NCBI GenBank assembly: GCA_905178155.1
Contig: CAJINV010000016.1
Coordinates: 1,021,386-1,085,385, forward strand
Length of the DNA: 64,000 nucleotides
DNA from: Amoebophrya sp. A120
Lineage: Eukaryota > Protista > Dinoflagellata
Direction of reading: 5' to 3'
The position numbers were made by a program, and so were the translations under genes. Shown one piece after another: positions 48,032 through 60,500 of the stretch. The notes below the pieces were generated by a model that saw only the letters and a program-made list of their open reading frames with translations, was not told where the DNA came from and ran no database searches. The first letter of the stretch is position 1, and each line of letters begins with the position of its first letter.

Positions 48032-51000
48032 ATGAAGACCATGGCCGCGGCCACGAAGAGGTGGAAGACCAAGACGGCTGGTTTTTGTTCAACCACACGG
48101 CTACTTGTTTACTTATTTTCGGCCGCACGAGGACCGCAGCTCATCAGGGGTCAACAAGGGGATCAACATCATGATCAAAATCACCGTCCTCGCCGGGATA
48201 TGCATTACAAAAGTTGTATCTTCGCACTCGTATAAAAATAAATGCATCACAAATTTCGATTTCCTCAGCATGATGAGAAATAGAATGTGTAATGCGGACT
48301 TAATACCTGCTGCTGCTGCTGCTGCTCAAGGAAAAGACTTGTTATGCATGACTGCAATTGGAATTGCTACGAGTGCGATAGTACATTTGCAGTGCATACG
48401 GGACGCCCGGAAGTTTCTCAGCCCCGACATCCAAGTTGAGCAGCAGCCCGAAAGTTTTGTCGAGCAGCCCGAAATTGAAAGCGTTGTCGAGCAGCGGGGG
48501 GCAGAGCGAATACCTCTAGTAGGGGCGGGCCTCCGTGAAGATGATGTTGACGTGCTGGCTGACACCAGCGAGCAGTCGCAGCGGCTTTTACAGCACGCGG
48601 GGTTCTTGCAACAGCAGGTAGAAGAAGAAACCGAAGCAACTACGACCACTCTTGCTTCTACGTTGTCGTCAGCGGCTGCAACTAGTACTTCGTCAGACTT
48701 TTTGGAAGAGCAAAAAGCCTCGTCCTCCATTTGGGTGGATGAAGCCGGCGAAGTTGTTGATGCTGTAGAAGCTGGAGGTCGTGCCAGCACCAGTAACGAC
48801 CACGATTTTCTTCTGATGTCGGGGTCAACATCTTCTGCTACTGGTACGGCTTCGGCTTCGGCTTCGTCAGGGGCGTCCGGGGGCAGTGTGGAGTCCTCGT
48901 CCTTTGTCACGCGGCAGGTCAAGACGGCAGAAGCGACGAATCATGGTGAAGGAGCGACGGAGCGGACCTCGCATACTTCAGTGCTGCTGCCTCCGTTGTC
49001 GGCGGGACTGGGGAGCGGTGTTGGGAACGGCAAAAACAAACTCAATCTCGCTCCAAAGACGGCAGAAGCGACGAATCAGGGTTCAGTACCTCAAGGAGGT
49101 CAAGCTCCTCTGCCGACTTTGCTAGGCGCAGGCCGAGTAAGGCCGCAGGTGGGCCCACCATCCTCGAAAGATGGGCAGAAGATGGAGCAAACCAATGCCA
49201 ATGTGGAGCAGGCGCGGGCGGGGCGGGCGTCCCGGTATGCATCTCCAAGGGATAAAAATATCGGAGTAAAAACGATTGGCGGAGGTGGAGTTGTTGCTGC
49301 GACCGGCGAAAAAGAAGCTCGGGGTAACGGTAAAGGACAAGAAATCAAACATGATACAAAAACAAAAAGTGAAAAGAGTGGACCGTCTTCGTCTATGGCA
49401 GTGTCAGGATCGAAATCGACAAAGTTGAAGTATAGTAGTTTGCACTTCATCATGCATGAAATGCGAGCGACAGGCAAAGTGTGCCTCTACTAAACAGCCG
49501 GCAAGTGAGGCCGATAATTGTACACCTCTTCAGAAGTAGAGGTAGTAGAAATGGAGCTAGTGACGAACTAGCACTAGCACAGAACAAGCAGTCTGCTTTA
49601 TTTCTCCAACAGCATCAGCATGACAGACTGGCTTTCGGATCTTCCAAAATGTGACACAGCCCGCTTGAAAATTGGGGTCGGTAACTGGAACTGGTCGTGT
49701 CGCCCGGTGTCTTTGTTTTATTTTTATGTACTGTAGATATAAACATCAGCAGCAGCTTTTTCTTTTTGTTTTTATTCAACTTTGTGGATTTCAGTGCTGA
49801 CATGTTCCATATCGTTTTGGTTTCCGTCCTTTTCATCGCTGAAGGACAACGTGTCGTCGCTGAAGAACAAGGCCCTGGCGCAAGTGGAAAAGGTGAAGAA
49901 TTCGGCCGTGGGCCTTGGTTCGCATATGGTGAAGAAATTCAAGGAGTCCGAGTTCGTCAAGAGCCTGAGGCGCCACGCCGGCCAGGCTCTGGACAAAGCC
50001 AAAGGCGCCGCGGAGCAGGCTACACTCATGGGCATGCAGGCGTTGGACAACTACGTGAGGGGCAACCCGTGCCAGCTGCCGATCTCCCTGGACAGCGCGC
50101 CCACTACTGCTCAGGAAGATAACCAAGTGATCACAGCCGGGCCGCAGCTGTTTCTCGCTACCAGGCAGGTTACTTTGCCGAATGGGCAAACTCGGGCGCA
50201 GACCAAATTCGTCGCGGCGCCGTCCAGGGACACCGGCACGTGGAAAAGTTTCTTTCTGCAGCCGTGGATCGGGATGTTTGACGAGAAGAAGTCCACGACC
50301 CTGTCCTCGTCTGATCCTCATACGACGAGATCTTCAACCGATGCCGCAGCTCCTGCCACTGCTGGTGGACGAGAGGAGAAAAATTTCGACAAAACCGAGT
50401 GGCACGCCGTCGCCGTGCTGTCTGGGGGTCTCAAGCAACAGACTGTCTGTTCGGCCGGGCTGGTGCCCGTAACGGCCTCCCTGGTGCGGCACGCCGCGCC
50501 CTTCACGAGTCCGGCAGGTTGTCGCAGCCTCGAACGCGCTTTCGTGAAAGACCCGCAGCCGGTCCAGGAAGTGATCAGCTGTCCCACGCCCCTCTATCCG
50601 CTGCAAATCATTTGTCGGGGTCGGGAAGGTTGTAATGCTAATGCTAGGCCGTGAAGGTGAAGGATGGATCATGTCAGCAGCCACGTCCGTGATGATGATG
50701 AACGAAGATCATGGGCGGCATACGCGCCGCATTGCAATACGCTGACGCAACAAACTTGCTGCATGATGGTACTAAATGTTCTTTGCGCTAGTATTTTGCA
50801 GTTCGTCTTGTTCATCATCGTCCGCATAGCACGACCAGGCTAGGTTTCAAAAATATTTGCATGACAGCAGGAGGATCAGGAACAAGGAAGACTACGTTTT
50901 CGTGCCGATGCATCACAGATGGATTTCAGACATGCTTCCAGCCGAGGCGCAATTTCGCAGACCTGGCATTTGCAAATTTCCTTTTCCAGACCCAGACACA

Positions 51001-54000
51001 TTTGCAATGCATATTCTCCAAGAAGGAGCAAAAGGCTGGAGCAAATTTGCCGCAGGAATGGCTGGTCGCTTCGTCGCAAACGTGGATCGGATGGAGCACA
51101 TTGACGAGAAATATCCTGCTGAGGAAAAACTACGTCCCAACCCAGGTTTGTCAAGTGCAAATCTGCAACTGCATCATGCCTGCAATGTCGTCGTGCCACT
51201 CACGCGCGGACTCGATTTGAGAAGCATTTTGATTTTCTCACACTATCGGGGAGTTTGTCATGCGGCCAGAATCAGGATTATTACTTAGGCGAAGATCGGT
51301 TTAAGGTGCTGCTGCTGCTGCAGCGCTAGCTAATAAACACGAAGACTGCACGTACACGACTGTGATGGAGGAGGTCCAAACTTGGCACGCCCGACATCAG
51401 CCAACTTGTTTATACATAGGTAGGTAGGTACTAATATTATACGCCGGCATTATACAGTCCATGAAGGTCTTGTTGCCTCTGGGTCGGAAATAAAAACCTT
51501 TTTCCGCAGGATTGGAAAATTCACTTTCGCATCGCCGCAGAGGAGGTCGGGCCGGAGTTTGAAACCTTCCAAGTGGCGCAAAGGATTCTCCTGTCCTTTC
51601 CCTCCAAGACAGACAAGGAAATGCCCGCGAAAGCGACCATGGTCGCGGAACTCGAATTACACAGCCGGCTGGCCGTGCGCGCGGCGCTCGCGACCGGGGC
51701 GTTCGACTTGGACCATGGTGCGGGGGCGGTCTCCCTGCGCATTCTGGACGAAACAAGTACGGGGACGAACGGGTTGAAATACAACGACGTCGCTGCCTAC
51801 ACGAACAGCCACAATGGTTACACGGCTCTGGTTTTCCAGTCCCATGCGTACTGTCCACTGATGCAGCGCAAGAAGACGGTGGAGTGGATGGTCGTGGGAG
51901 AAGGGGGTAATAGATTGAAAGTGTCTATGGATCAGACGAAAACGCGGCCTTTGATTTTATCGACACGGATGGTAGATTGGCGCTGGATATCAAATGTAAA
52001 AATGTCTGGGTCTGGAAGAATGCAAGATTTGTGATGCAGGTTTTCCATGAGCCATGAGGTCTAGAATGCGAGACCCAGCATGGCAGATTTTTTGAGGTCT
52101 CTATCATCCCTTTCCTGCATGAGAAACTCCCTCTCAACTTGGTCAAAAGCGGACAGCTTTTGGCGCTCACGCAACACAGATTTTTACATCATTCAGATTT
52201 AGCATGACAAGTTCTAACCTTCCAGACCCAGACATTTTTGCACTGGATACTGGAGGAACCGGGAACAGGAAGATCCGAACCCAAAGTCGACGAAGTTCTT
52301 CGCGCAGTTGCAAGAGCTTGGCGCAGAAGCTAAAGCATTCTGGCACGGGAGTCGTCCCCTCGTAAACGATTTTTTCGAAGATTACAAGCGGCAGTCGGGC
52401 GTGTTGCAGAAAGAATGGTACTTCCAGGATCAGCTGGACCGATTTCTCACAAAGACTTTTCCCAAAGGTGAGTCTGTAACTGAGATGGAAAAAGCGCAGC
52501 AGCGCATTGGCGCGATCCTGGACAAAGCCACGAGCTACCTGGTCCTAGCGGACTTTGAACCATCAAGCGCTGACAGGGAGATGCCACACCTGCCCTGTGA
52601 TTGCTCCGCTCTGCCGATACACCAGAACTTTGCCGCCACTCGATCGGACGTGGCGGCAGGCCGGAAATTGTTGATTGGAGAGCTTGTTGTCCCGCATGAC
52701 GAAGATGCAGACGAGCTCTTGGACGAGGCAGCGAACAATGCGGACTGGTGCGAAAAGCATTTAGCCGGCAAAGTCATCGCTGATGGTTTGGACAAGATGA
52801 GAGTGACGCTGGATCATGTTGGAGGCAACGGAGCAGGTGCTGTCAACACCGCCAAACCTCCCAAACAAGCTCTCAAGTTATGCCTACGCACCGGGGACCA
52901 CGTCGCCCAGGAGGTTACCAGATACATTCCCGAAGACATGTTGCTAGCTGCACTGGATCTGCATCGAAGCGGTGACGAACCAACAAGCGGTCCGAAGCCC
53001 CCAGCAATTGTGAAGGTGGAGTCTGTGAAGCCTTATGCCGGTGCCGCACGGACGCCGCGTTTCGGCCGCTGCCAGCTGCGCCTGATGGCGAGCAGCGACG
53101 ACCTGCTGTCAGCGTTTACGCATTGCAAAAGTATCGCACTTCTAGTATAAATCACATCACAGATGAAAATAATGACTTTGGCAAGAAGATGAAAAGTGAA
53201 GCTTGTAGCGCTAGTACATTACCTAAGATAGGCATAGGGGATTTATTCTCCTGCTGCATGACCGCAATTATTACGCTTGCGATACTTTATTTACACTGCA
53301 CAGCGTTTATGAAATGCAAAAGCATCGTACTAGTATGATAAATCGCATGACAAATTCCCTCAGCGTGAAGAATGGAATTTGTAATGCGGATTTCCCTTAA
53401 GAAAAAGATTTGTAATGCATGACTGCAATTACTACCCTTGCGATACTTTTACACTGCACAGCGTTTGTCGAGGAGCAATTGCGTGACATTCGTGCCGAAA
53501 CTGCTAGGAAAGAAGAGAAAGAGTCAGTGCGTGCCTCGAGACTCTCAAGTGTCAGAGGCGAGCTAGTAAAAGAGCTAGACGCTCACGTTCGTCAGAAAAA
53601 GGCAGTGGAGAGCGACATGGCCTCCAAACACATGGAGCTGCCGGAAGATGCACAGCAATGCGAGAGAGAACTGAAGGAACTGTATGACAAACAAGAACTG
53701 ATCCAGTTACGGGCGTTGGGACCAAATCGAAGTGCAAGAGCCGACGCATCGAATCGAGGTTCCACTCTTGACTCAACACGAAGAAGAGCCGACGATTTTT
53801 CGGAAGTCGAGGAGGGGCAGCGTAGCAGGGACGACGCCGAGGAGCTGGACGAGTTGACCTTGAATGAAAAGTATTTGACCCCGCTGAAAGCAAAGCTGGA
53901 CGAGTGTGCGGACCGCATCAACCGCATATACCCACCAGGAACACCGTCAGCGTGGAGTAAATTGACGGACTACCATGGTTCGGAAAAGGCCAAGCAAATT

Positions 54001-54223
54001 CAGAAGGAAGAGGAGCAAAGAAGGTATGCAGAACTTCTGCGCGTGCTGGACGAGGCGCTGTCGAAAGATATCGAAGCCTATCAGGACAAGCTGCCGAAAC
54101 GGGGGCAAGACCACCCAGACCCCCAACAACAACAACAAGGTCCACGGTTGCAGGGGTTGAGAAAGTTGGGCGCCATTGCGATGAACGCTGTGGAGGAGAA
54201 ACGAAGAAAGATACAAGAGGCCA
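48032..54223 (+). CDS. Large hypothetical, probably secreted protein (>1372 aa), paralogue-like to 32557-46175; 3' end cut off at ~54452
   Basis: Exons 48032-48198, 48404-49393, 49817-50594, 51019-51111, 51519-51987, 52255-53116, 53466-54223 join in frame; shares FxRCxLR motif (FGRCQLR vs FSRCQLR/FGKCKRLR) and RQVTLPNG vs RIQLPHG. Confidence 0.75.
48199..48398. mobile_element. Introner intron, tgcaaaagtat family (inverted type)
   Basis: tatgcattacaaaagttgtatc...tttgcagtgcata; direct repeat cggga; PRR|DARK. Confidence 0.88.
49394..49811. mobile_element. Introner intron, gtcaggatcgaaat family
   Basis: tatggcagtgtcaggatcgaaatc...gatttcagtgctgacatgttccata; repeat tcgtc/tcgtt; PSSS|WFP. Confidence 0.85.
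50595..51013. mobile_element. Introner intron, cagacccaga family (diverged)
   Basis: tatccgctgcaaatcatttgtcggggtcgggaa...ttccagacccagacacatttgcaatgcata; repeat ccctc/ttctc; TPL|QEG. Confidence 0.8.
51112..51513. mobile_element. Introner intron, tatcctg-gaggaaaaac family (diverged)
   Basis: tatcctgctgaggaaaaac...tttttccgcaggatt; repeat agaaa/ggaaa; DEK|IHFR in frame with 51573. Confidence 0.75.
51988..52249. mobile_element. Introner intron, tgtctgggtctgga family, inverted relative to 42276/54224
   Basis: tatcaaatgtaaaaatgtctgggtctggaa / ttccagacccagacatttttgcactggata; direct repeat ctgga; WRW|RNRE. Confidence 0.92.
53117..53460. mobile_element. Two back-to-back introners (53117-53302, 53308-53460) separated only by the 5-bp repeat
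   Basis: gcgtt at 53112, 53303 and 53461; each unit has tgcaaaagYatcg...cgatactttt(att)tacactgcaca-type ends; removing both gives LSAF|VEE. Confidence 0.88.
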
Positions 54224-54451
54224 TATCAAATGCAAAAATGTGTGGGTCTGGAAGGTTGCAACTTGTGATGCTGCATTTGGATTCCAAAAAAACTTCGTAT
54301 TGCATGAGCAGCAAAGACAGAGAATGCAATTTTTGCTACGCAGAGAGGACATTTGTCATGCGGACTAGGCATCAAGATGCCCTCAAAAAATCTGTGATGC
54401 TAGGGCATGCATCACAGACATCATGGGTCATGGAAAACCTGCATGACAAGT
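54224..54451. mobile_element. Introner truncated at its right end
   Basis: Left TIR tatcaaatgcaaaaatgtgtgggtctggaa and interior collinear with 42276-42554, but stops after gcatgacaagt; right TIR and ggcca repeat missing. Confidence 0.8.
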
Positions 54452-55126
54452 CCCCTGTCTCGCCCATCAAGATCCCTAATCCGTAGCTCCTAGACGTTGC
54501 CTGGCCCGCGAATGACTCCACGGCAGCCGGATGTCTATAACCCGCTCAGGAATTAACTTCAGCATGATTTTTAAAAAAAAGTAGGTACTTTTTTCTTTAC
54601 TTATTTAAATTAAATTAGCTATGTAGAAACCCACACTTTGAACTAGCTAGATCGAAGGTCGACCAGGTCCTTTGCGGATGCGTCCCGCAACGCTGGAGAG
54701 GGTCGAAGACGGTTCGCGTTGGAGGCCATTTTGGTGGTCTATTTCTATTGAATTGCTCGACCGGAACGACACCTATGAGAAGCGTGCCCTACTTCGGTTA
54801 CCTGCTGGGCAAGATTTGATTCGGATTCTTTGCATAGACATCAAGCAAAAAAACTGTGAAAATTGAGCGAATAAAGGGAAAGCTCGGTGATAATTTGAAT
54901 ATTCATGGTGTAGGAGTATGGATTTCAGTGTGAATGTACTGCGTTTGATCTGTTTCAGGGCCTGGCGAGGTTAGAACTTCCCAATTTTTGTAGTATTTTT
55001 AGCAAGATCCCACGAGCAGACTACGACAAATTGACTCATCAAATTGCATTGTTTTTGTATATCTAAACAAAGCGACCTCAATTTTCACAGTAAACAAGCA
55101 TACTCCTCTCTCAATCGAGTACGAAT

Positions 55127-55759
55127 ATGGGAACAAGACCGGGACAAATTGAACAAGCAGTACTGCGTGCTGTTTTGGAGCTAGTGGAGGACGATTTTGA
55201 GGTGCATGTCGTCGCCGAGTCCAAAACTGATCTATATACTCGACCTAGATTACATGGACCTCTACAACTACTGGCAGGCGGTGGCTCCCAGCACTACGAT
55301 TGGGTCGGTATCCAGCTCAAAACTAGCATGAACTGGAGTCAGGAATGGGTTCGGCGATTGCGATACGTGTTGAACCACCAACGTGATGCACTGCATGGAC
55401 ACTTGTTGTTGGGGTTTTGTGAAGCCGAACCAGATCAAATCTTCGTCGAGTCGGTGCACCGATACAAGTCCTACGAGGGATACGATGTGGAGGGGAAGAT
55501 GAAAACGAAGTCGGAGGCGCAGGCGTACCTGCGGAGGGCTCATTGGGGAGATGATTTGGTGCACTATCCGCAGCCGACTGGTATGCTTTCCGCTTACAGT
55601 CCGCAAAACCGTATCGAGAAAATGGCCCGTAAAGCGTTTATGGACAAGCTTGCTGGCTCGACTATCGAATACATGCCCACAAGTGCGGAGTCTGGCGCTG
55701 TCGACGGCGAGATCAAGGTATCTGGTGGCACGCACCAGCTTTGGCGTGATATGGCATGA
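55127..55759 (+). CDS. Putative PD-(D/E)xK-family endonuclease-like protein (possibly start of a tandem-domain or degenerate gene)
   Basis: Helix E (GQIEQAVL), D (ESKTDLY) and QxK (VGIQLKT) in PD-(D/E)xK order; a second E...D unit begins (RIEKMAR...ESGAVDG). Confidence 0.5.
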   Translation: MGTRPGQIEQAVLRAVLELVEDDFEVHVVAESKTDLYTRPRLHGPLQLLAGGGSQHYDWVGIQLKTSMNWSQEWVRRLRYVLNHQRDALHGHLLLGFCEAEPDQIFVESVHRYKSYEGYDVEGKMKTKSEAQAYLRRAHWGDDLVHYPQPTGMLSAYSPQNRIEKMARKAFMDKLAGSTIEYMPTSAESGAVDGEIKVSGGTHQLWRDMA

Positions 55760-57599
55760 ATTTGTGACACAACACCCACTAAATGCCCAAACTACACAAC
55801 AAGTGCATGCAATCAGGGAGCTTTGCATGCAAGTTTAAACCTATCAAAGCGCACTGCTTCGCGATAAGTACTACCACGTAGATGGGTTGTGTTTCTTGCC
55901 GGAAGCTTTGATACCTATCCAGGAGAAGGTTTTGACAGCCAGGACCGAGCGCGGCAAACAAATCGTATCCAACTAGAGACATGAAGTAGATGCAATCTAG
56001 CATGACAAATTAGATTGACTAGCGCTTTTGATGTAGTTGCCGACGCTGGACATAGTCTGGAAGTGCGCTCGATGTGGTCTCGCATGACAAGCTAGTATGC
56101 TTTCTACTTCGTTTTTTTTCTTCCATGAGAAGGACTTCGGTGCCCACTTCGCAGGTATCAAGGTGGTTTCTGCGCACTAATGTCTTCCTTCTCAGTATTG
56201 AATTGCTACCTAATCCCAGCGCATCCATGAAATTTCCACCGGTTGGCAAACTCATATGCAGTACGTACCAAAACCGCCAACTCCAGAGCATCCGGAAAGC
56301 CCTACTCCGATTCCGACGCGGATTTTTTGCTTCTCCACTGCAGAACAGCTCCAGAACCAAACCAATTTGGAGAACTACACGGCTCGGCGCTAATACCATG
56401 GCATGTCTTGGTGGAGGGGGGCTATGTTGCAACAAAAGGAACTAGGTACTTTTTTGTGTATGTCTAATGCTGGATACAGATTAAAGGGTCACTCTATAGG
56501 ATAACGCAGCGCGTTTCTCATGCAATATGGGACAAAAATAGGCACTGTTTTTTTATGAGAGAAAGAAAAGCACAAATATTACGACACAGGACTGCAGCTG
56601 CAACAGCAGGACGGACGATTCTTGGCATCTATCCGACTGCTCCTGGGGTGCGAACCCCACGACCGAATGGACGACTCGAACGATATTACGCTCCATGCAC
56701 GAACGTTCAGGCTTTTCAGGACCGACTCAAAGAGATTATTTTGGCGGTTGAGATGCCCTTTCCTACCGATTCACAGCTGAGCAGCACTACAGCATCTTCA
56801 AGCAGAACGAGATCACGAAGTAGCCACCGATAGCCGGGCTGTTGTGGTGAACAGGAGCAGAGTACTGGAAAAGAGGACGCAGATTTTTGATTCTTCCGCG
56901 GAAGAGGAGTATCAAAATGCCATACCATCTGGTGTACACAGTGCATGTGATTTTGTGGCTGTTTACTACAAAAGAACATTCAAAAATGGTTGATGAAGTT
57001 GAATATTTGTTAATTTTCTCCTGAGGAGAGGAGTGCTCGCGGGGTAGTTTGTCATTAAAAAGCGCCACCAATCTTGTGCGATTACTGTGGCAGCTAGTCC
57101 TGAATTTCTAAATTCAAATTTAATTTTTACCTTCATAAGCATGACACATCAAGTGATAAAACATATTTTTTCTTCGAAAATGGAAACGAAAACATCGCGC
57201 CTAAAGCCGTGTTTTAATCGTAATCAACTATATTTTTTTAAAATTTTGTAGTGCGAAACATCGACGTACAAGTCGTTTTTCATTTCTATTTTTTTAAAAT
57301 TGTGATCAGTTTCACGTAAAAGGAGCACTAATAAAGGAACTTTCTAGCTCCAGTGCTCCTGGTCGAGGGGAGTTCTCCTCCATAAAATAAAATTAAATAA
57401 TATTTTGTAGTGAGTCGCCGGTGCGGAAAAAATCGGGCTTAGCTTCCCGATAAAGTGTAAAATACGTTGTAGCTTATAACCTGTTGACCGTAGATGTTGT
57501 GTGCAGATGTGAGTTGCTGTTTCAAGAACTATCTACGAGCCAAAACTCCATCAATACGTAAGGTTTTATTTTTGGTTTTTCATACCAGAAAGTCAACTA

Positions 57600-60500
57600 C
57601 TTCGCACCATTGTTCCCGGACGGTTTGGAACCACCAGCACCGGGCGCGGGACTGCCAGGCGGGTTCCGACCGTTCTTCTTGTCGTTATCCTTCTTCACCT
57701 GCCGGGGCGGGGTTTTCGGCTTCACGAAATGTATCACAATGAAAAGACGCAGCTTCGCATGGTTGTGTGACCTGTGCCGCATGATCTTGATTATTTCAGC
57801 ATCACAACAAGCCCACAAAGAAAAAATCCAGCGTTTTTTCTTTATAGAATGATATATCAACCAGATGAAGCTGCGTTTTTTCATTTTGCATACACATGTT
57901 GTAGAGTTTTTCCAGCGTGTTCAGCGCGGGCTTCGCCGGTGATTTGTTTTTCGCATTGGCTCGTTTCTTCACGAAGTCGTCGGCGGCGATGATGAAACAG
58001 CCTTCCGGAATGGGGATCAGTTCGTTTCTGTTGGGAGCGTGGATGTCGATCCGCTTGAACCAGCACTCGTTCTTCTTCAACTTGAACTCCCGGATGGGGA
58101 AGGGGAGGAGGTTCAAAGCGACGTTTTCGTCCAACCCGAGGTCATTGTCGGTCAAGCTCATCTCGGGAGCTATTTGGACGACATTGGGTCTCACCCTCCA
58201 GTGGATCCGCAACTTGTCCATGCCCGCCCCCTGGTTCACGCGGTGGGATCTGATTTCGCACAACCAGTTGATTTGGGAGGTGAGCCTCCCAAATTGGTAG
58301 ATGATGGTCGGCTTGTGGCGTTCTAGCTGTCCCAGGTCGGGGTTGATCGGATTGTTGATTCCGCCTTCCGGACGACCCAACTGCGGCTGGAACATCACGT
58401 TCCGGGGTGCCACGCCAGTGTTATTGGGATCCGCGGGCGCCAGTCCAATCGCCGGCTGGATCCTCACCTCCACTCGTTCACCACCCAGCACCTCGACGAT
58501 CTCCTGTCGCAACGCCATCCGGTCAGGCGTCAGATTACCCGTCACGATTCTCCGGTACAACTCCTTGCGATTATCCTTGGTCAACCGCGTCAGCAGGTCC
58601 TTGCTCAGCATCTGGCTAGTATGAAACTGAAAAACCTTCCAAAGTTAGATCGAGGTGAAAATTTGCATCACAAATTCAAAAAAAAACTTCACTCCACTGA
58701 TGTAGCTTTAATTTTAGTGATCAGCTGCACACGAATCCGCATGACAGATTTGTCTCTGCAATGCATGACAGACACGACGAAGCTTGGAAGTGTTTTCAGA
58801 TAGATAGGTCGCGACATTTCCTCTCCAGATTTTGTGCAGTGCCTGGAGCTGGAAGAACGTACTGAATCCATCCCAGTGATCCATGGCGACCCCAGTAGGC
58901 GTGATCCACGTGTCGTTCGCCAGCTTCACGATGTACGCCGGCGGATCGAGGACTGCCAGCACGGGTAGCTGGCCGCCGTAGATGCGACCACCTGCGATTA
59001 TATTTGTTGAATATTGAAACGATGCGCAGTGATTAGAGTGAAAGCTTTTGTTTTTCATGCTGCTTAATCATACCGAAGAAAGAAACGTCATATTGTCGTG
59101 CATTTTTGTATAGTGCGATCATTTGTATTTTACTGGGCACCAGCACATAAAAAGGAACTGAAAAAGCATATACTTGCCATGTTTCGTCCATAAGTCTTGA
59201 TGTGGTCCATCTCATACGGCATGTAGAACTCCTTGTTGGCCGGGTTTCCGTAGACCTTCAGGCGGGTCAGCTGGAACCAGTCATCGTCAGAGGCACACAC
59301 ACGGTAGTACTCGTCACTGAATTCGTAGTTGTTGCCGACGTACGGGTTGAACACGATAAACTCATCCGGGTTTTCCAAGCGCGTTCCGAAGCGGAAAACT
59401 TCAGAGATTTTATTTCCGCATCTGCGCATGAACGAGAGCTCCTCCTTCGTCTCCGACGGTCCATCGAGGATTTCGAACATCTTGCAGGCCTTGAATCCGA
59501 ATTTGGCCGGCTGGGTGGCGGTCCACGTGTCATCGGCCATGTCGTCCAGCATCGCGGATAATTGCAGGGGTGCACTGTGGTATAAGAGATAGTTTTTTTT
59601 GTCATGCGCAAGATCATTTGACTAGGGAGATTGACCATCAGATACACAACATGAAAAACACTGGATGGCCTAGGGTAAAAATGAAGTCAGTATGTGCCTG
59701 GTTTTCTTGTTCCACACCTTCTGCCCCATGTTCCGCATCATGTCGTAGCACTGCGTGATCATCGTGTACTTCTTGTTGGCCTTGATCCGCGGTTCACCCT
59801 TCTGCTTCAGGTACTCCCCAAAATTGTTCGAGTTCATCGCCTGCGACTTCTGCATGTCGGCCACAATTTTTTCGAATTCTTCGGGGGTAACCGGCCACAT
59901 TTTTTCCGGGCAGATCGTGATCGGTGGCCAGTATCGCGGGTGCGACTCGGCGTGCTCGATTCGATCGAGTTGTTTCGAAACTGTGTTGCAAATTGACATT
60001 ATTTTTTTGGATTTCCCCTACATCAGGAGCTGGCTAGATACAACTTGCATGCGTGGTCATGGGAGATGTGCTGTATTTAGCATGACAAACAAAGCAATCA
60101 AAGACGAAACCTGGAAAACTTTGCATGACAAAATAAAAGCAAAAATATATAGATTATATATGCCATACCAATCGCGTCGTCGTTGGCGTGTCGCCCTCTT
60201 TGCCGCACGTTTTCGTTTTGCATGTGAAAGCTGTTCGTAGTGATCGGTAAACAAGCAACGAAACCACCTCCCGCTTTCAGTATGGCAGACCGCATAAAAT
60301 AAAGATACTCGAATAGAGAGTATTCTTTTGGTTTCCAGCAAGTTTCACTCTCCCACTCCCAGAGATTATCAATCTCATAGCTTTCGCGAATCTGCGACTC
60401 ATTGGTAAACTCGCTTATCGGCAAGGAGTAGAACACTTGGTCGACCCATTGTTCCACCAACTCTTCCCCGTTCTCCCACTTCCCCAACGTTCGCAGATTC

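Noticed and set aside
58612-58807. Applying the TA...TA +5 rule to introns of the minus-strand orphan gene
   Set aside because: For this spacer the rule gives a stop or frameshift, so exact boundaries are not claimed
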